Source: Candidatus Firestoneibacteriota bacterium (lineage in GTDB: Bacteria; Oederibacteriota; D2-FULL-39-29; CAIOVX01). Taken from it: a stretch of DNA of 64,000 bases. Below the pieces are notes generated by a model, which was not told the DNA's origin, searched no databases, and saw only the letters and a program-made list of their open reading frames with translations. The stretch spans positions 2,220-66,219 of the forward strand of contig CAIOVX010000035.1 of NCBI GenBank assembly GCA_903861835.1. The letters run 5' to 3'. Positions 60,148 to 64,000 of this stretch are shown piece by piece (within the stretch, counting starts at the first letter, position 1; each line of letters starts with the position of its first letter). Position numbers and translations under genes: made by a program.

Positions 60148-61836
60148 ATGAGATATTTATCCATCCTTTTACTCATAATAATCTTTCTTTCCGGCTGCTC
60201 CTCCGTAAAACAAATCGCAAAGAGCGCTTTTGAATACCCGCCCGAACGCGCCTATACGCATTTCTCGCTTGGCACATTTTATAGCAGAAACTTAGCCCCC
60301 GAAGCGGCAATCGGAGAGTTCAAACTGGCCTTAAAGGCAGATCCTGATTCTATTTCTATACGCGAGGCGCTTGCAGAGGAATACATTAAAGACAACAAAA
60401 CAGAGGAAGCAGCAGCTGTGCTGCTGGACCTTTACGTTAGGACTAAGAACCCTGATGCCGGAATCGCGCTCTCAAAGGTCTATATTGAAGACGGAAGAGT
60501 CTTGAAGGCGATTGAAATGCTGAAAGAGATAATTATTGCTCATCCTGAGAGTTCCGCGGCTAATTTCTTCCTGGGGAATGCTTTCTTCAAGCTGGACTGT
60601 GTCGAAGAAGCGGCAAATGCATTTAAAAAAGCAGCGAAGCTGGAACCTTCAAACGAAGCCACCTATTACAATCTCGGGCTGGTTCTCTCAAAAATGGCTG
60701 ACCTGGCCGGCGCCGAAGCCGCTTACCTCAAAGCCGTAGAGCTTGACAGTGAATATGTCTCCGCTCAGTACGCTCTCGGACTTCTTTACCAGTTTTTAGG
60801 CAAGTATTCCGAGGCCGTTGAACGTTACGCAATTGTTGAAAGTCTGACTCCCTTTGATCCCAGGGTTTATTCCCGTATGGGCACCGCTTTTTCACAACAG
60901 GATAAGAACGACGAAGCGCTTAAGTACCTGTTAAAGGCAGTTGAGCTGGCGCCGCAGGAAGCCGACCCTTCTTACAGACTCTGCCTTGTTTACCTCCACC
61001 TTAAAAAATACAATGAAGCCCTCGTCGCGATAAACCGCGCGCTTTTGCTCGGCGCAAATAGCGAGATGCTGCAGGTGAAAGGTATCCTGCAGCTGGAAAG
61101 CAAAGATTCCGAGGGAGCCATTAAGACTTTTGAGATTCTAAAAGCGAAAGATCCCGGAAATGTATCCGGCTATCTTTACCTCTCATTCCTTTACAATAAA
61201 CGCAAAGACACAAAAGCGGCGGCGGCCGTGCTTGAAGAAGGAGTCTCTCGACTGCCGGAGAACACTGACCTTAAACTATACCTTGGAGGGGCTTATCTTG
61301 ACAAAAAAGATTATGACGGGGCTGAGCTCCAATACAGAGCCCTGCTTGCGTTAAAGGCAACTGACGTTAGAGGCAATTACTTCCTGGGCGTCTGCTGCGA
61401 GAGAAAGAAGAATTTCGCAGAGGCTTTTCAAAGATTCAGAAAAGTAGTAGAGCTCGATCCGCAAAATGCCGATGCTTTGAATTATCTAGGCTTTATGTAC
61501 GCGGACAGAGGAGAGAACCTTCAGGAAGCCCATGCCTGGCTTAAAAAAGCCTGCGAGCTTGAACCCGGCAACGGGGCTTACGTTGACAGCCTGGGATGGG
61601 TACTCTATAAACTCGGAAAAAACGCTGAGGCAAGGATTAAGCTGGAGGAAGCAGTTAAATTGCTTAAAGAAAACGGGCAGGAAGATTCTCTGGTATTTGA
61701 ACACCTTGGCGATATATACTTAAAAGACTCAGCCATAGAGAAGGCGAAATCTATGTACGCGTTATCCATTAAAACTGACGGGGAAAATGAGAATGCGAGA
61801 ACCAAACTTAAGGAACTTGAAACTCCTGTCCGCTAA
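60148..61836 (+). CDS. TPR-repeat lipoprotein
   Basis: It has the lipobox IIFLSGC and more than 12 tandem TPR motifs (A..F..A..L.P....A...LG..Y). Confidence 0.8.
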   Translation: MRYLSILLLIIIFLSGCSSVKQIAKSAFEYPPERAYTHFSLGTFYSRNLAPEAAIGEFKLALKADPDSISIREALAEEYIKDNKTEEAAAVLLDLYVRTKNPDAGIALSKVYIEDGRVLKAIEMLKEIIIAHPESSAANFFLGNAFFKLDCVEEAANAFKKAAKLEPSNEATYYNLGLVLSKMADLAGAEAAYLKAVELDSEYVSAQYALGLLYQFLGKYSEAVERYAIVESLTPFDPRVYSRMGTAFSQQDKNDEALKYLLKAVELAPQEADPSYRLCLVYLHLKKYNEALVAINRALLLGANSEMLQVKGILQLESKDSEGAIKTFEILKAKDPGNVSGYLYLSFLYNKRKDTKAAAAVLEEGVSRLPENTDLKLYLGGAYLDKKDYDGAELQYRALLALKATDVRGNYFLGVCCERKKNFAEAFQRFRKVVELDPQNADALNYLGFMYADRGENLQEAHAWLKKACELEPGNGAYVDSLGWVLYKLGKNAEARIKLEEAVKLLKENGQEDSLVFEHLGDIYLKDSAIEKAKSMYALSIKTDGENENARTKLKELETPVR

Positions 61837-62413
61837 AATAGCGGCGGCAGCCGTCATTGCAGGCCTCCTGGCCGGTTGCGCCGCAGTCTCTCCTGTAACC
61901 AAGAACCCGGCAGCGGTAAAGTCTCAGGTAATGGTCACACTTAGTTCTCCTAATGGAAAACTTAAGAAGAAATGCACGCTTCTCTGGTCCGAACCCTTTT
62001 TCAGGATGGAAATCCGCGGCTTTCTGAACGAACCTGTAGTTGGTCTCTCCGCTGACAATGAAAGGCTTAAAATCTACTTTTACCAGACGAATTTATTCTA
62101 TGATGAACAGGTTATGAATGCCGGTCCTGCCATTTGCAGGCTTTTCTCCGGGAAGGGCAATAACCCCTTCGAGCTTAAGCTCAGCAAAAACACGCTTCGT
62201 TTCAAACTGGCCTATACAGCTTCCGGGGATAATGCAGAACTCCCCTATATTGTCGAACTTTACGGGAAGGAGGGCAGCGCTCGGATAAGTTTCATTAAGC
62301 CTGACACTTCCTATAATTTCACCCGGGATTCATTCCCGCTGAAGATACCCGCAAACGCGGTAAAGATCAGCGAAGAAGCCCTAATGAGGTCTTTTGAAAC
62401 ATGGATAAATTGA
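61787..62413 (+). CDS. lipoprotein, possibly LolB-like (assigned on position only)
   Basis: It has the lipobox GLLAGC. The gene sits directly upstream of ispE, as lolB does in E. coli. I saw no diagnostic sequence motif. The exact start is uncertain because the ORF overlaps the upstream gene by 50 nt. Confidence 0.4.
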   Translation: MRMREPNLRNLKLLSAKIAAAAVIAGLLAGCAAVSPVTKNPAAVKSQVMVTLSSPNGKLKKKCTLLWSEPFFRMEIRGFLNEPVVGLSADNERLKIYFYQTNLFYDEQVMNAGPAICRLFSGKGNNPFELKLSKNTLRFKLAYTASGDNAELPYIVELYGKEGSARISFIKPDTSYNFTRDSFPLKIPANAVKISEEALMRSFETWIN

Positions 62414-63297
62414 CGCTTTTTTCTCCCGGCAAAATAAATCTTTACTTAAAGATTACCAGTAAGAGACCGGACGGCTATCATGAGCTAAAGACTCTAATGC
62501 AGGCAGTGGAATTATTTGACGAACTCAGCATTGAGAAAAGCAACGGAGGAATTGAAGTAACATGCGACGATCCTTCAATTCCAGGCGGCAGCAAAAACAT
62601 TGTATATAAAGCGGCAGAACTGCTCTTGGGCTCTCTAAAGAGCGGGGTCAGGATACACCTCAAAAAACAGATACCGGCGCTCGCGGGACTTGGCGGCGGC
62701 TCCGGGAATGCAGCTTTTGCCCTTACAGGGATTAACAGCCTTTTCAACCTTAATACTCCGGCTTCAAAACTTGAAAGTTTGGCTTTGCAGTGCGGCGCGG
62801 ATGTTCCGTTCTTCCTTTCGCCGGGCAGGGCTTTAGCCGAAGGCATCGGTGAGAGACTTACCAAAATAGAATATCCTGAAGAGCTTTTTATCATCCTTGT
62901 AAACCCAGGCATTACAAAACCTTCGACAAAAGCAATCTACGAAAGGTTTAAATTTGGATTGACAAAACAGTCTGTTTTGGACAATAATACCCTATTAGAT
63001 ATTTCTAATAATAAGCTATGCGGGATACTCCACAACGATCTAGAACCGGTTGTCGCAGAAATGTATCCCGTCATCTACGCCATAAAAGAAGACCTCATAA
63101 AAGCCGGAGCAAAAGACGCTCTTATGAGCGGCAGCGGGCTTACCGTTTTCGGCCTGGCCGGAAATCACCGGGAGGCAGAAGCAATCGCGGAGCGACTCGC
63201 TTCAAAATATAAGTGGGTAAGGGCCGTAAAGTCGTTTCGTGGACAAGCAGGTACGGGAGGCGGATATGGAGATCACGGAAGTAAGGATTCACCTTAG
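62401..63297 (+). CDS. ispE: 4-(cytidine 5'-diphospho)-2-C-methyl-D-erythritol kinase
   Basis: It has the GHMP kinase motifs KINLYLKITSKRPDGYHEL and PALAGLGGGSGNAA. Its 3' end overlaps spoVG by 32 nt. Confidence 0.9.
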   Translation: MDKLTLFSPGKINLYLKITSKRPDGYHELKTLMQAVELFDELSIEKSNGGIEVTCDDPSIPGGSKNIVYKAAELLLGSLKSGVRIHLKKQIPALAGLGGGSGNAAFALTGINSLFNLNTPASKLESLALQCGADVPFFLSPGRALAEGIGERLTKIEYPEELFIILVNPGITKPSTKAIYERFKFGLTKQSVLDNNTLLDISNNKLCGILHNDLEPVVAEMYPVIYAIKEDLIKAGAKDALMSGSGLTVFGLAGNHREAEAIAERLASKYKWVRAVKSFRGQAGTGGGYGDHGSKDSP

Positions 63298-63604
63298 GAA
63301 CGAGGAGAAACTCAAGGCCTACGCGGCCGTCACATTTGATAAATGTTTCGTGATAAGAGATCTGAAAGTGATAAACGGAAACACCGGAATTTTTATAGCA
63401 ATGCCGAGCAGAAAGAAACCTGATGGAACTTTCAAAGACATCGCCCACCCGCTTGACAACGAAACAAGGCAGAAACTAGAAACAAAAATATTGTCGGCCT
63501 ACCTGGAAGAACTGCACAGGTTGAATACTTTGCCGCCGTCTATAGAGCAACCCGCAGAAAGACTTGACCCCGCTAAGGTCGCGGAAAACGAACCGAGGAA
63601 ATAG
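63266..63604 (+). CDS. spoVG: septation protein SpoVG
   Basis: The sequence MEITEVRIHLRNEEKLKAYAAVTFDKCFVIRDLKVINGNTGIFIAMPSRKKPDGTFKDIAHP matches SpoVG closely. ATG 63266 is preceded by GGGAGG. Confidence 0.9.
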   Translation: MEITEVRIHLRNEEKLKAYAAVTFDKCFVIRDLKVINGNTGIFIAMPSRKKPDGTFKDIAHPLDNETRQKLETKILSAYLEELHRLNTLPPSIEQPAERLDPAKVAENEPRK

Positions 63605-63643
63605 CCGGCGCCCAAGAAAGTTCCCTGAGAGTCAAAGCGCATT

Positions 63644-64000
63644 TTAGGAATACTTTTCTCTTACATAAACTGCCGTCAGACAGATGAAAAGAATAAAATG
63701 GCCCAGAAACATCCCCGAGAAACTCTGCAGGAAAGGACTTACACCGGTAGCAGTAAGCATAACCGCCGAAAACAGTCCCGCCAACATAAGTTTGCGGTTT
63801 GCGTTTTCCTTTTTTTCCGTAAAATACGAAACAGCTGTGTAATACGCAAAAATTGCGGCTGCGTAATGAGAGAGCCAGGCGGACGGCGAAATGTAAAAGA
63901 CCAGCAGAAACAAAAGTGAGTATTCCAATTTGCGCACTTTTTTTGGAGAACCGCTGAAAAGAAAACCGAAAAATATAATCAAGAAAACTTTGAATCCTGC
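63644..64000 (-). CDS. integral membrane protein, C-terminal part (5' end beyond the window)
   Basis: The minus-strand frame is open to the window edge (…AGFKVFLIIFFGFLFSG…), and several hydrophobic helices are visible. Function is unknown. Confidence 0.4.
   Translation of the reverse strand, partial: AGFKVFLIIFFGFLFSGSPKKVRKLEYSLLFLLVFYISPSAWLSHYAAAIFAYYTAVSYFTEKKENANRKLMLAGLFSAVMLTATGVSPFLQSFSGMFLGHFILFICLTAVYVREKYS

Overview
This 64-kb window is a gene-dense (about 90% coding) chromosomal segment, mostly on the + strand, from a diderm bacterium. The diderm call rests on LolA, a possible LolB, porins and small beta-barrel OMPs. Sigma-54 is in use, and SpoVG and HU are present. I cannot assign a taxon without a database search, but the gene content fits an uncultivated anaerobe. 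There are no rRNA genes, CRISPR arrays, transposases or integrases.

Layout:
- (1) 0-12.9 kb is a phosphate block. It holds the 3' end of ppk1, a convergent ROK sugar kinase, a porin O/P-family gene and two complete tandem pst operons. The first is pstSCAB-arsC-phoU. The second is pstSCA-pstB-pstB-phoU. A frameshifted phoU relic lies between them.
- (2) 12.9-17.6 kb holds a secreted FN3/beta-propeller protein with a small OMP, a non-pyrrolysine MttB-family methyltransferase and a PNPOx-like protein.
- (3) 17.6-26.6 kb starts with a Cys-rich sensor kinase and a sigma-54 enhancer-binding response regulator. A near-consensus -24/-12 promoter follows, then a seven-gene operon: NusG_II protein, Gx-transporter::EcfT fusion, porin-like OMP, ApbE flavin transferase, secreted FMN_bind protein, and a second HK and RR. 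I consider this the most interesting candidate system.
- (4) 27.1-31.6 kb is an ATPase-less CUT1-type ABC importer. It has a binding-protein::permease fusion and a split MalG-type permease.
- (5) tRNA-Thr(CGT) is followed by a long hairpin repeat.
- (6) 31.8-64 kb is housekeeping: gatB, rlmD-like, suhB, a PilZ protein, GH4, htrA, ftsK, lolA, rodZ-like, yajQ, dnaJ-like, fhs, gdh, an aminotransferase, an AEC transporter, a MrfA-like helicase fused to an exonuclease, an MFS transporter, cinA, a TPR-PBP, hup, a TPR lipoprotein, a lolB-like gene, ispE and spoVG.

All family assignments come from motif recognition by eye, not from searches.
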